NCBI GenBank assembly: GCA_023151185.1
Contig: JAKLJL010000001.1
Span: forward strand, 359,306 to 423,305
Reading direction: 5' to 3'
Source of the DNA: Bacteroidota bacterium
GTDB lineage: Bacteria; Bacteroidota; JABWAT01
DNA length: 64,000 bases
Part shown: piece by piece, positions 41,930 through 51,620 of the stretch
Numbering within the stretch: the stretch's first letter is position 1
How the letters are laid out: each line of letters begins with the position of its first letter
Position numbers and translations under genes: made by a program
Notes under the pieces: generated by a model
Database searches by the model: none
What the model was told of the DNA's origin: nothing
Seen by the model: the letters and a program-made list of their open reading frames with translations, nothing else

Positions 41930-42592
41930 TTACTTTTTCAGGGCTTCGGCATACCGCCGGCTGACTTCCTTCCAGTTAATCACATTCCAGATGGCTGCAA
42001 GGTAGTCACCCCGTTTGTTCTGATACCTGAGGTAGTAGGCATGCTCCCAGACATCAATTCCCAGAACCGGAATCCCTTTAACTTCAGCTACTGACATCAG
42101 CGGATTGTCCTGATTCGGTGTGGAAGAAACAACAAGTTTCCCGTTAGGATCAACCGATAGCCAGGCCCAGCCCGATCCAAACCGTTTTGCACCTGCTTCG
42201 TTCATCCGTTTCTTCAGGGAATCCAGGTTCCCGAAGGCCGATGAAACTGCCGAGAGCAATTCAGGAGAGGGATCACTTTTTTCCGGGCTCAGCACGGACC
42301 AGAATAAGTCGTGGTTGTAATGGCCGCCGGCGTTATTCCGGATGACATCCGGAAACTCACCCATCCGGGAAAAGAGTGCAGTCAGTGAAAGTCCCTCGGC
42401 CGGAGTTCCTTTTACCGCTTTATTTAGATTGGAAATATACCCGGCATGGTGTTTTGTGTAATGGATTTCCATGGTCTGGGAATCAATATAGGGTTCGAGG
42501 GCAGAATAGGAATAAGGCAGGGGAGCCTGAGTAAACTGAGCAGTGGCCGTCATAGCCGTTACCAGAGCAGAAAATAAAATCCAAAAGCGCAT
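41930..42592 (-). CDS. sodA: Mn/Fe superoxide dismutase with N-terminal signal peptide
   Basis: HYTKHH, NNAGGHYNH, FGSGWAWL, PNQDNP and DVWEHAYY motifs. Confidence 0.92.
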   Translation of the reverse strand: MRFWILFSALVTAMTATAQFTQAPLPYSYSALEPYIDSQTMEIHYTKHHAGYISNLNKAVKGTPAEGLSLTALFSRMGEFPDVIRNNAGGHYNHDLFWSVLSPEKSDPSPELLSAVSSAFGNLDSLKKRMNEAGAKRFGSGWAWLSVDPNGKLVVSSTPNQDNPLMSVAEVKGIPVLGIDVWEHAYYLRYQNKRGDYLAAIWNVINWKEVSRRYAEALKK

Positions 42593-42742
42593 ATATACTC
42601 CTTTTTGTTTTCCGGGATAACAGAAACCGGTCGCAGGAAATTCCTGCCGGTATTCCGGATATTTTCTGCAGGCTGGCAGTCATTTTTTTAATCGGGAGTT
42701 ATTTTTGTTCCTTCTTTAAAACGTCATATCAGGGATGGCAAA

Positions 42743-43405
42743 ATGAGCAGGTGGTACCAGAGCAGCACCGGAATCCGGATCAAACAGGCGGCAGAGCTTT
42801 TGTTCTGGAAGTATAAAAAGGCACTGGCCGGAAAACTGGAAAACTCACACTATTCCTGGTTTTACACCACCTATTTTTCTCTGAGTACAAATGATTACCA
42901 GAATAAGTCAGTGCTGGATATTGGCTGCGGACCCCGTGGAAGTCTGGAATGGGCTGAAATGACGGCGCTTCGGGTTGGCCTGGATCCTCTTGCCGGTCAC
43001 TACCTGAAAATGGGAGCTTCTGAACACAAAATGACCTATGTCTGTGCCGGGTCAGAACAGATTCCTTTCCCCGATGGCACGTTTGATTTTGTCTGTTCCT
43101 TCAATTCCATTGATCATGTAGCCAGTCTGGATGAAACTTCCCGGGAGATCAGGCGGGTGTTAAAACCAGGCGGACTCTTCCTGCTCATTGTGGATGTTCA
43201 TGACTATCCGACCCTGACGGAACCTCAGGCGATCGGGTGGGAATTTATCCAGACTTACTTTCCTGATTTTAAAATTCTGGAAAAAAGCCATCTTGAGGCC
43301 TTGCATCGGGGTCATATTTACCGGAATCTGAAGGCAGGGAAAAAGCTGCCGGAAGACAGCAGGAAAACCGGTATTTTAACTGCCAAACTCCGGAAACCGG
43401 CCTGA
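42743..43405 (+). CDS. Class I SAM-dependent methyltransferase
   Basis: VLDIGCGP, IPFPDGTFD and RVLKPGG motifs. Confidence 0.9.
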   Translation: MSRWYQSSTGIRIKQAAELLFWKYKKALAGKLENSHYSWFYTTYFSLSTNDYQNKSVLDIGCGPRGSLEWAEMTALRVGLDPLAGHYLKMGASEHKMTYVCAGSEQIPFPDGTFDFVCSFNSIDHVASLDETSREIRRVLKPGGLFLLIVDVHDYPTLTEPQAIGWEFIQTYFPDFKILEKSHLEALHRGHIYRNLKAGKKLPEDSRKTGILTAKLRKPA

Positions 43406-43437
43406 GAGCCTGCTATTAAGAAAAAACTTCAACCGGA

Positions 43438-43642
43438 AATCCGGACACTGAGGTGGTTGCTGAGCCTGTCGAAGCACTCTCGAAGGGTCCGGTCATTTCG
43501 AGCGGTTCCTGAGCTTGCCGAAGGGCAATGACCGGGAATCAGGCCCCTGAGACACTGGTGTCTGAGGTTCTCGAAGACACCTGCTGAAGTGTCGAACGAT
43601 GACTTCGAGCAGTCATTGAGCGAAGTCGAAATGCAGTCACCA
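43438..43642. repeat. Cluster of nested REP-like palindromes (TGAG-N4-TCGAA family), left of GIY-YIG
   Basis: Examples: GGTGTCTGAGGTTCTCGAAGACACC, GCTGAGCCTGTCGAAGC, CATTGAGCGAAGTCGAAATG. Confidence 0.85.
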
Positions 43643-43650
43643 CTTCCATA

Positions 43651-43947
43651 TCAACCACCGGTTTTATCACGATACGCCATTGCCAGTTCCGGTAACCGAT
43701 TCCCCTCAGACAGAATCAGAGCTTCCTTCTTCTTCCGGGACCATCCCTGAACCTGCTTTTCCCTGTAAAAAGCTTCATCAATCCGGGAAAATTCCTCAAG
43801 ATAAACCAACTCAACTGGTAGTCGCTTTTTAGTATAATTGGCACCTTCTCCGTTCTGATGCTGCCACAACCGTAGAGTCAGATTGGTGGTACTGCCAGTG
43901 TAATATGTTCCGTCGGAACACAGCAGGATGTACATGAATCCATTCAT
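43651..43947 (-). CDS. Small GIY-YIG nuclease (UPF0213-like)
   Basis: MYILLCSDGTYYTGST...RLWQH...YT..RLPV...REKQVQGWSRKKKEALI. Confidence 0.92.
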   Translation of the reverse strand: MNGFMYILLCSDGTYYTGSTTNLTLRLWQHQNGEGANYTKKRLPVELVYLEEFSRIDEAFYREKQVQGWSRKKKEALILSEGNRLPELAMAYRDKTGG

Positions 43948-44024
43948 TGTTTGCTAATTTTTATTTCGGGATCAGAATCTCATGCAAAAATAAGGAAATT
44001 TTTCTAACGGTGCCTTTTTTTGTA

Positions 44025-44367
44025 CCGGTCATTTCGAGAGCCTGCACTTCGACTCCGGTGCCATCGAGAACCTCAGGCACCGGGAGGTCGAAGACAATAT
44101 CCGGACCCTGAGGTTCTGGTCACTGAGCCTGTCGAAGTGTCGAAGGGGCCTGGTGGCTTCAAGCGGTCATTTCGAGAGCCTCAATGACCGGTCGAAATGT
44201 AATCACCTGCCTTTCTGGTGCCTGAGGCTCTCGAAGGCACCATTCGAATCCGCGGCGGAACCGGTGGCTTCAAGCGGTCATTGAGCAAAGTCGAAATGCA
44301 GCCACCGGTTACAATGAAATGACAGGGAAATCCGGACCCTTCGAGAACCTCAGGGTCCGGATTTCCC
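44025..44367. repeat. Cluster of nested REP-like palindromes, right of GIY-YIG
   Basis: Examples: GGTGCCTGAGGCTCTCGAAGGCACC; GGGAAATCCGGACCCTTCGAGAACCTCAGGGTCCGGATTTCCC. Confidence 0.85.
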
Positions 44368-44405
44368 TTGCACTCATTCAAGAAAAACTGTATATTTGTG
44401 CAGTT

Positions 44406-47400
44406 ATGTTTCCACTATTAAATTTACATTCCAATTTTTCCTTCGGATGGGGCGCTTCTGATATTGAAGGACTCTGCCGACGGGCCCGGGATCTGGGTTT
44501 TGACACCGTTGCCCTCACGGATATCAATAATCTGTATATCCTGTTTCTCTATTATGAGACGGCCAGAACGTTCGGACTCAGGGCCATTACCGGCGCCCAT
44601 CTGAAAGATTCCGTTCAGGAAATTTCGGCTTACGTGAAAAATGCAGAGGGATTTGCAAATCTCACCCAGCTTGTTTCCCGGCTTCAGGAAGATAAAAAAG
44701 CCAATCTCCGGCTGCTCCTTCCTCTTCATGCGGGAGGACTTATTTTCATGACGCCGTCGGTGGAACTGGCCGAATTTCTGAAAGTGGAAGGCGGAATCCA
44801 TGACGTCTACCTGCAGATTGATTCGTTCCACATTCCCCTGATCAAACTCCGCCGTGCAAAAAAAAGCGGGATCAGACCTATTGCGGCCCATCCGGTTTAC
44901 ATGGTTAAAAAGGAGGATTACCTCAGACATCAGGTGCTGAAAGCCATCAGGGAAAACAAAACCCTGTCGCAGTTGAGTCCCCCCGACCTCATCAGCGAAG
45001 AAACGTATTTGCTTCCCCCTGACGAACTGATCCGGCGGTTCGGGATTCTCCCCGAAGCGGTTGAAAACCTTACCGCAGTTTCCCGTGACTTAACCTGGTC
45101 GTATCCCCCGAACCAGTTGTTCAAGCCCCGGTATCTCGGACCTGCCGGCAGTTCACCCTTCAGCTATTTGCGGAAACTGACCTATGACGGGGCTTTTAGG
45201 CGATACGGCACCCTGACAGAAGCCGTCACAGCCCGGATCGAAAAGGAACTGATGATCATTGAAGCCAAGGGATTTTCGGAGTATTTTCTTACGGTCAGTT
45301 TTATCATCCGGCAATCGGCGTCTCATTGCGGCAGAGGATCGGCAGCCGCCAGCATCATTGCCTATTGTCTCGGGATTACCGATGTAGAACCCATCCGCCA
45401 TAACCTGTTTTTTGAACGGTTTCTGAACCTTCGCCGTGACGATCCGCCCGATATTGACGTGGATTTCTGCTGGGATGAACGGGATGATATCCTTGATACG
45501 CTGTTCCAGACTTATGGGCGGGAGTACTGCGCCATGGTCTGTAATCATGTCCTTTACAAAGACCGGATGGCCATCCGGGAAGTGGCAAAAGTCTTCGGTA
45601 TTCCTGAAATGGAGATCCAGACCTTCTTTCATAAAATTCCCATGTTTTCGCAGTATTACGGATCTCACGGCGTCGAGACGTTTCTGGCTTCACCTCAGGC
45701 CAGAACCCTGAATGCCCAGTGGCAGAAAGTCATTGCGCTTTCAGCGGAAATTCTGGGATTTCCCCGGTACATTTCAGTTCATGCGGGCGGATTTGTGATT
45801 ACAGAAGCTCCGATCCGGGTCCATGCGCCTCTTGAACCGGCCCCGAAAGGCATTCCCGTTGTTCAGTGGGAAAAAGATCAGACTGAGGATTCCGGACTTA
45901 TTAAGATTGATATTCTCGGAAACCGGTCTCTGGCCGTCATCCGGGACTGCAAGCGAACCGTGTATCAGCACTACGGGCATCTGGTTGATTTTGATCAGTT
46001 CGATGTGTTTACCGATCAGAAAACCCTTGATTTACTGGCTAACGGAAAGTCGATGGGAGTCTTTTACGTCGAATCGCCGGCCATGCGGCAACTTCAGGAA
46101 AAGACACGGCTGGGTGATTTTGATCATCTCACGATTCACAGTTCCATCATCCGGCCTGCTGCCAACAAATTCATCACGGAATATGTGCGGCGGGTGAAAG
46201 GCGGAGCCTGGGAACCGATTCATCCGCTTCTGGCCGGGCAGCTCAGCGAAACCTATGGCATCATGTGTTATCAGGAAGATGTGATCAAGGCAGGAATGAC
46301 GCTGGCGGATATGGACGAGTACGATGCCACTAAACTGCTGAAATCGCTTAGCCGGAAGAACGACAATGAAATGAAAATCCGGTATAAACAGCTTTTTATG
46401 GATGGATGCCGGAGCAAAGGACTATCACAGGCAAAAACCGACGAAATCTGGGACATGATCCACAGTTTTGCCGGATATTCGTTCAATAAACCGCACAGTG
46501 CCTCATACGTGGTTGTGTCTTTTCATTCGGCCTACATGAAAGCCCACTTCCCGGCAGAGTTTATTGCTGCTGTCATATCGAATCAGGGCGGATTTTATTC
46601 GGCCTTTGGCTATGTCTCTGAAGCACGGCGCATGGGGATTACCCTGCTGCTTCCGGATATCAATGACAGTTTGTTCGAGTACTCCGGCTACACCTGGCCG
46701 CCGGGAACCTTCCGTCCGGATACTGGCAGTACCGGTCTGGATGTGCTGCTTCAGGAAAACCGGATCAGTTATGACCCCGGGCAAATGGAACGGCCGAAGC
46801 AGCCATCCCCCCAGAAAGTGACCCGGGCTTTCCCTTACCTCCGGGTTGGGTTTATGCAGATTAAAAATCTGACTAAAGAGTATATCGTCAGGGTGTTGGG
46901 CGACCGCCAGAAACGGGGGTATTTTAAAAACCTTCAGGATCTGATTCTCCGAACGGAACCGCAGCTCAGCGATCTGCAGATTCTGATCAAAGCCGGTTGT
47001 CTGGATTCTGTGAGTCAGGGAAAAACCAGACCGGAACTCATGTGGGAGGCTGAACTCCATTATTCCAGAACGTCGGTTCAGATTGGGGACTGTTTCGATC
47101 TTTTCGAAGCCCCGCCGTTACCGCCGCCGCCGGTCCCCGACTATCCGTACGAAAAAGTGATCGAGGATGAAATGATGACGCTTGATTTTGTTCTGTCGGT
47201 TCATCCGCTGTTTCTCTACAGGCAGATTACTGACCGCCTGAATCATGTTCCCGGCTCAAAACTCCATCTGTTTGCAGGGAAAAAAGTTAAAACCATCGGG
47301 TGGATGATTACCCGGAAGGTGGTCTATACGAAAAACGATGAACCCATGCAGTTCGTCAGTTTTGAAGATACAACCGCAATTTATGAAACCGTTTTTTTCC

Positions 47401-47528
47401 CGGAAGCTTATGCCCGATTCTGTACCATGCTCAGTACCATCAAACCCTATAAACTATCCGGACTCGTAATGGAAGATAATTCGGCGATAACCCTCCAGGT
47501 TGATAAAGTCGAATTTCTGGATGGGTAA
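44406..47528 (+). CDS. dnaE2: DNA polymerase III alpha subunit, DnaE2-like second copy
   Basis: PHP N-terminus, GRGSAA, PDIDVDF, HAGG, KIDILG, YSFNKPHS and C-terminal OB fold. Start taken at ATG 44406 because the longer ORF runs through the repeats. Confidence 0.82.
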   Translation: MFPLLNLHSNFSFGWGASDIEGLCRRARDLGFDTVALTDINNLYILFLYYETARTFGLRAITGAHLKDSVQEISAYVKNAEGFANLTQLVSRLQEDKKANLRLLLPLHAGGLIFMTPSVELAEFLKVEGGIHDVYLQIDSFHIPLIKLRRAKKSGIRPIAAHPVYMVKKEDYLRHQVLKAIRENKTLSQLSPPDLISEETYLLPPDELIRRFGILPEAVENLTAVSRDLTWSYPPNQLFKPRYLGPAGSSPFSYLRKLTYDGAFRRYGTLTEAVTARIEKELMIIEAKGFSEYFLTVSFIIRQSASHCGRGSAAASIIAYCLGITDVEPIRHNLFFERFLNLRRDDPPDIDVDFCWDERDDILDTLFQTYGREYCAMVCNHVLYKDRMAIREVAKVFGIPEMEIQTFFHKIPMFSQYYGSHGVETFLASPQARTLNAQWQKVIALSAEILGFPRYISVHAGGFVITEAPIRVHAPLEPAPKGIPVVQWEKDQTEDSGLIKIDILGNRSLAVIRDCKRTVYQHYGHLVDFDQFDVFTDQKTLDLLANGKSMGVFYVESPAMRQLQEKTRLGDFDHLTIHSSIIRPAANKFITEYVRRVKGGAWEPIHPLLAGQLSETYGIMCYQEDVIKAGMTLADMDEYDATKLLKSLSRKNDNEMKIRYKQLFMDGCRSKGLSQAKTDEIWDMIHSFAGYSFNKPHSASYVVVSFHSAYMKAHFPAEFIAAVISNQGGFYSAFGYVSEARRMGITLLLPDINDSLFEYSGYTWPPGTFRPDTGSTGLDVLLQENRISYDPGQMERPKQPSPQKVTRAFPYLRVGFMQIKNLTKEYIVRVLGDRQKRGYFKNLQDLILRTEPQLSDLQILIKAGCLDSVSQGKTRPELMWEAELHYSRTSVQIGDCFDLFEAPPLPPPPVPDYPYEKVIEDEMMTLDFVLSVHPLFLYRQITDRLNHVPGSKLHLFAGKKVKTIGWMITRKVVYTKNDEPMQFVSFEDTTAIYETVFFPEAYARFCTMLSTIKPYKLSGLVMEDNSAITLQVDKVEFLDG

Positions 47529-47629
47529 GCCGGCCTTTGGCCGGAAGAATGAAGGTTGAATTTAGAATGATAAATTGTAATCCCGGTGGCAGAGAGATCC
47601 AATCTGGGTGTCTCTACTGGACATTTAAC

Positions 47630-48166
47630 ATGGGAAAATTCCAAAATAAATATAGAATACCCTCTGCACGGGCGAATTGGTGGGATTATTCCGCCGGCGG
47701 TGTTTATTTTATAACCATTTGTACCGCTCAACGATTGCATTATTTTGGTGAGGTTCATGATGGTAAAATGATTTTATCTGAAATCGGTGAAATTGCGGAA
47801 TCCTGCTGGAAACAAATTCCCGATCATTTCCCGTTCGTGAAATTGGATGCGTTCGTGGTTATGCCAAACCATTTTCATGGCATTTTGATAATTGATCCCG
47901 TGGCAGAGACGTTGCGTGCAACGTCTCTGCAAAATCGGGAAAATGAAACAATGGCCCGAATTTCACCAAAACGGGGTTCTTTGGGTTCGGTAATCCGGTC
48001 TTATAAATCCGCCGTCACCCTTTCCGCCCGGATAATCCGTGCAGATTTTTCATGGCAATCACGGTTTCACGATAAAATAATCTTGCATGAAAATGAATTT
48101 TACCAAATCCGGTTTTACATTGAAACCAATCCGGAAAATTGGAAACCGGATGGATTTCTGACCTGA
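47630..48166 (+). mobile_element. REP-associated tyrosine transposase (RAYT, Y1 HUH family)
   Basis: WDYS..GVYFITICT, VVMPNHFHGIL (HUH), WQSRFHDKII, YIETNP. Confidence 0.88.
47903..47930. repeat. Intragenic REP palindrome in the RAYT gene
   Basis: GCAGAGACGTTGC-GT-GCAACGTCTCTGC; a degenerate relative lies at 47589-47617. Confidence 0.85.
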
Positions 48167-48294
48167 TATTTCCACACATTAATCTTTTAAACAAATTTCA
48201 AACTGAACAGCTTCGCCAAAAGTTGGATGCCACCTGAATCTGAAGGAAAAACAAAAATTAAATCCCAACCCAAACAAATCAGTCAGGAGTAGTT

Positions 48295-48684
48295 ATATAT
48301 CCCGTTGTCCATTTTGAACTGCCGTATACAAACGGAAAAAGAATAGCCGCATTTTATCGAAATGTGTTCGGATGGAAAACACAGGACCTTGGCGAAGAAG
48401 GCGGACATTACATTCTCGTCACCACAACAGAAACCGATGCCAAACCCGGGCTTCCGGCAGGTGCCATTAATGGCGGACTTTATCCAGTAAAACCGGACTG
48501 GCCGGCCCAGTTTCCATCAGTTGTAATCGGGGTCGATGATATCAAAAAGGTTATGGAAAAGGTGAATTCCAACGGCGGAAATGTTCTGGGGGAACCCATG
48601 GATATTCCCGGTTTCGGACTCTATGTCTCTTTCCTGGATACAGAAGGAAACCGGAACAGCATTATCCAGCCTGCCGGAATGTAA
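48295..48684 (+). CDS. VOC/glyoxalase family protein with non-canonical (ATA) or lost start codon
   Basis: The in-frame extension IYPVVHFELPYTNGKRIAAFYRNVFGW precedes the called ORF; AGGAG lies 5 nt upstream of ATA. Confidence 0.75.
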   Translation: MYPVVHFELPYTNGKRIAAFYRNVFGWKTQDLGEEGGHYILVTTTETDAKPGLPAGAINGGLYPVKPDWPAQFPSVVIGVDDIKKVMEKVNSNGGNVLGEPMDIPGFGLYVSFLDTEGNRNSIIQPAGM

Positions 48685-48952
48685 TATCCAACTTTTGTTG
48701 AGATTGTTAACAGGTAGCAGTTGGTTCCCGAAGAACAGGATGAGATAAAAATCCGGGTAAACAGTTAGGTCAAAATTGTACTTTAATCCGAATTCAATTT
48801 TAAAAATCAGACTGAAAGCTCTTTGTAAGGGTAAATAATTAACCATTTCCGGGTGATGCTGCCCCGGTATTCCGTGCAATCTGAATTTGATTTTTTCTGA
48901 ATTAGTATGCAGTATTTCATTTCCCAACCGTAATCACAAAAAGGAGACCCCC

Positions 48953-49327
48953 ATGCCTGCAATTTTCTCAGCCCGGCTTTTCCTGTTTGGCTTCTATCTC
49001 TGGATCATTCCGTTTGTTGCGGCAATCCCGCTATTTCAGTTGCTTTCAGATCACCGGATTGTTTTTAAAGGAATCATGGGTGTAGTCATGACCCTGACAA
49101 CTGCTGTTCTCTGGACCCGGTTTTTAAAAAAGATACCGGCGGTTTCTGTAAAGGAAGCTGTTCAGGTCAGTCTGTTATGGATGACAATGAGCATTGTTCC
49201 AGATTTGTTTGCCTTTATTCTGGGATTCAATATGGAAGTCAGTGTTTACTTTTCTGAAATCGCAGTCAGCTATCTGGTTATCCCGATTCTGCTGATCACA
49301 AGCGCCCTGCAGGTCAAGAATACCTGA
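48953..49327 (+). CDS. Small membrane protein
   Basis: Four hydrophobic segments; AAGGAG RBS before MPAIF. Confidence 0.65.
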   Translation: MPAIFSARLFLFGFYLWIIPFVAAIPLFQLLSDHRIVFKGIMGVVMTLTTAVLWTRFLKKIPAVSVKEAVQVSLLWMTMSIVPDLFAFILGFNMEVSVYFSEIAVSYLVIPILLITSALQVKNT

Positions 49328-49452
49328 CCCAAAAGTAAGAAGTGAACCCGATTTCTGGTGGGTTGTGTCTATATACAGACTATAGTATCCGAAACTCCTG
49401 CTATCCGTTCTCCGTAAAAGGGCTTTTCTGTTTAAATCTGAAAGGAAGCTCA

Positions 49453-50289
49453 ATGCGTGTTACTCAGTACAACCGGCCGGTTCTATTTTATACCCTGTCG
49501 TTAATCATACCCTGGGCAATCTGGAGTTATGTGGCCTGGCTGAGTCATTTGCCGGAACAATCCCAAATGAGCCGGTTTATTCAATCCACTTTGGGTCTCA
49601 CCGGCTTGATAGCCCCGTTTGGTGTTGCTCTTGCACTTGGATTCAGGAACAGGGAGTTAATAACTGACTATAAATCCCGAATGCTGAGTTTATCCGGTTT
49701 TCCGGTTAAATATCTGATCATCACGTTAACGCTGATTTTCACTTCGATTGTGCTGGGTCAGCTCATTTCAGTTTTGTTCGGGCATAGTCTGAATCAGTTT
49801 GTTATGACGGGGCAACCTTCCTTTACTTCCATGCAGTTTTCTCCCTGGTTCATTTTGCTGTTTGCCCCGGTCGTTGAAGAACTGGCCTGGCATTCGTATG
49901 GGACAGATACCCTGCGGCGGTCATTTTCTTTGTTTTCAACCTCCCTGATTTTTGCAGGCTATTGGGTGTTCTGGCACCTGCCCCTGTCGATGATTAATGG
50001 ATATTACCACAGTAATATGGTTGCAGAAGGCTGGATTTATGCAGTAAACTTTATTTTCAGTCTGTTTGTATTCGTGATTCTGATGAACTGGCTGTATTAT
50101 AAAACCAACCGGAATATTCTGATTACGATTCTTTTTCATCTCACAGCAAATGTGTCGAATGAGATATTTGCAACCCATCCGGATAGCAAAGTAATCCAGA
50201 CTGGACTGTTGCTTCTGGTTGCCGGATACGTGCTGATTACAGAAAGAAAACTGTTTTTTACCCGGGAACTACCGCCTGACCTGAAGTAA
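49453..50289 (+). CDS. CPBP/Abi (CAAX protease) family intramembrane metalloprotease
   Basis: EELAWH, WVFWHLP and FHLTAN motifs. Confidence 0.88.
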   Translation: MRVTQYNRPVLFYTLSLIIPWAIWSYVAWLSHLPEQSQMSRFIQSTLGLTGLIAPFGVALALGFRNRELITDYKSRMLSLSGFPVKYLIITLTLIFTSIVLGQLISVLFGHSLNQFVMTGQPSFTSMQFSPWFILLFAPVVEELAWHSYGTDTLRRSFSLFSTSLIFAGYWVFWHLPLSMINGYYHSNMVAEGWIYAVNFIFSLFVFVILMNWLYYKTNRNILITILFHLTANVSNEIFATHPDSKVIQTGLLLLVAGYVLITERKLFFTRELPPDLK

Positions 50290-50334
50290 AACTTCGGCAG
50301 ACCCTGGTTTCCGGTTTAGTTTATCTGGAAGGAG

Positions 50335-50892
50335 GTGATTCCCCCGATGTCAGAGTCTTTTGATCTGGTTCTGATGACTTTTAAAAAGGACGCAATGCTC
50401 CGGTTCCTGAGAGAACATCCCGAAGAACTCAATTATGCAGCGGACCTTGCTCTTGACAACCGCCAGCCTCTTTCCTGGCGGTCGGCCTGGGTGTTGTGGA
50501 GTTTATTTCAGGAAGGTGTGCCGTTCCCTCAGGGATTCTCAGAAAAAATACTGCCGGTTATTCAGGAGAAAAGGGATGGTCATCAGCGGGAACTTCTCAA
50601 ACTTCTCTGGATATCAGGGATTGATGAAGAGGAAGAAGGCCGTATTTTTGATCTGTGTGCAACGTTGTGGGAAGATATCAGAAAAGATCCGTCCATCCGG
50701 ATAATGGCGATGAAATGGATGTTCCGGATTTCCGGGGAACACCCTGAGCTGCTGATTGAATTACCGTACTATCTGCAGGAGAAATTTACTGAGCCCCTGT
50801 CACCAGGGGTAAAACGGTCTCTTGAAAAACTAAGGGCAGTTTATTTACCTGCCGGAAAGAATAAACCAAACGGGATGAAACCCCGAACCTGA
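50335..50892 (+). CDS. Hypothetical alpha-helical (HEAT-like) protein
   Basis: SWRSAWVL...GHQRELLK...IFDLC..LW pattern. Confidence 0.6.
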   Translation: MIPPMSESFDLVLMTFKKDAMLRFLREHPEELNYAADLALDNRQPLSWRSAWVLWSLFQEGVPFPQGFSEKILPVIQEKRDGHQRELLKLLWISGIDEEEEGRIFDLCATLWEDIRKDPSIRIMAMKWMFRISGEHPELLIELPYYLQEKFTEPLSPGVKRSLEKLRAVYLPAGKNKPNGMKPRT

Positions 50893-50906
50893 AAGCAGGC
50901 TGAAAG

Positions 50907-51620
50907 ATGGTCTTTACAGAAACCGCCGAAAAAGCTGTTACAGCCTATGGCGGTGCGGATGTTTGGATGAAAGCCCGGAAAATTGAAGCTGTTGTTTCCG
51001 CCAGCGGGCTTGCTTTTTTCCTGAAACGGCGCCCGCCATTCAAAACGGCCAGCCTGATGCTTGAAGTCAACCGCCCGGCTGTTTCTCTGACTCCCATCGG
51101 AAACCAGAAGCACCCGGTTACCGGTATCCTGAACGGTCAGGATGTTACACTTACTGATGGGCAGGGCCGGATTTTAGATTCCCGTACCAATGCCCGGTCA
51201 GCTTTCCCGTTCGGAAGACGGCTGTTTTTCTGGGATGACCTCGACATGACCTATTTTGCCTGTTATGCTTTCTGGAATTATCTCACCCTTCCCCGCCTCC
51301 TTCTCAGGGAGGATATTTTATGGGAGGAGAAAGCGCCCGGCCACCTGACAGCCGGATTTCCAGATCACCTCCCGACCCACTCCAAAAAACAGGAATTCCG
51401 GTTTGACCCGGTCACCGGGTTATTGCTGCAGCACACTTATACTGCAGAAGTGATCAGCAACCTGGCTGCTGCGGCAAATTGTGTTGTTTCACATTCAGAG
51501 GAAAAAGGAATCCGGTTTCCCTCCCGGCGGATCGTAAGTCCGATGAAGCCGAACCGGGAGGCACTGGGGTATCCTGTCCTGATTGATATGACCATCCGCC
51601 AGTTCCGGTTGATTTTATGA
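50907..51620 (+). CDS. Conserved hypothetical protein
   Basis: AYGG..W and WDDLDMTYFACYAFWNYLTLP motifs; function unknown. Confidence 0.65.
   Translation: MVFTETAEKAVTAYGGADVWMKARKIEAVVSASGLAFFLKRRPPFKTASLMLEVNRPAVSLTPIGNQKHPVTGILNGQDVTLTDGQGRILDSRTNARSAFPFGRRLFFWDDLDMTYFACYAFWNYLTLPRLLLREDILWEEKAPGHLTAGFPDHLPTHSKKQEFRFDPVTGLLLQHTYTAEVISNLAAAANCVVSHSEEKGIRFPSRRIVSPMKPNREALGYPVLIDMTIRQFRLIL

Noticed and set aside
44319-44405. N-terminal extension of DnaE
   Set aside because: It runs through a perfect palindrome and the likely promoter; homology begins at ATG 44406.
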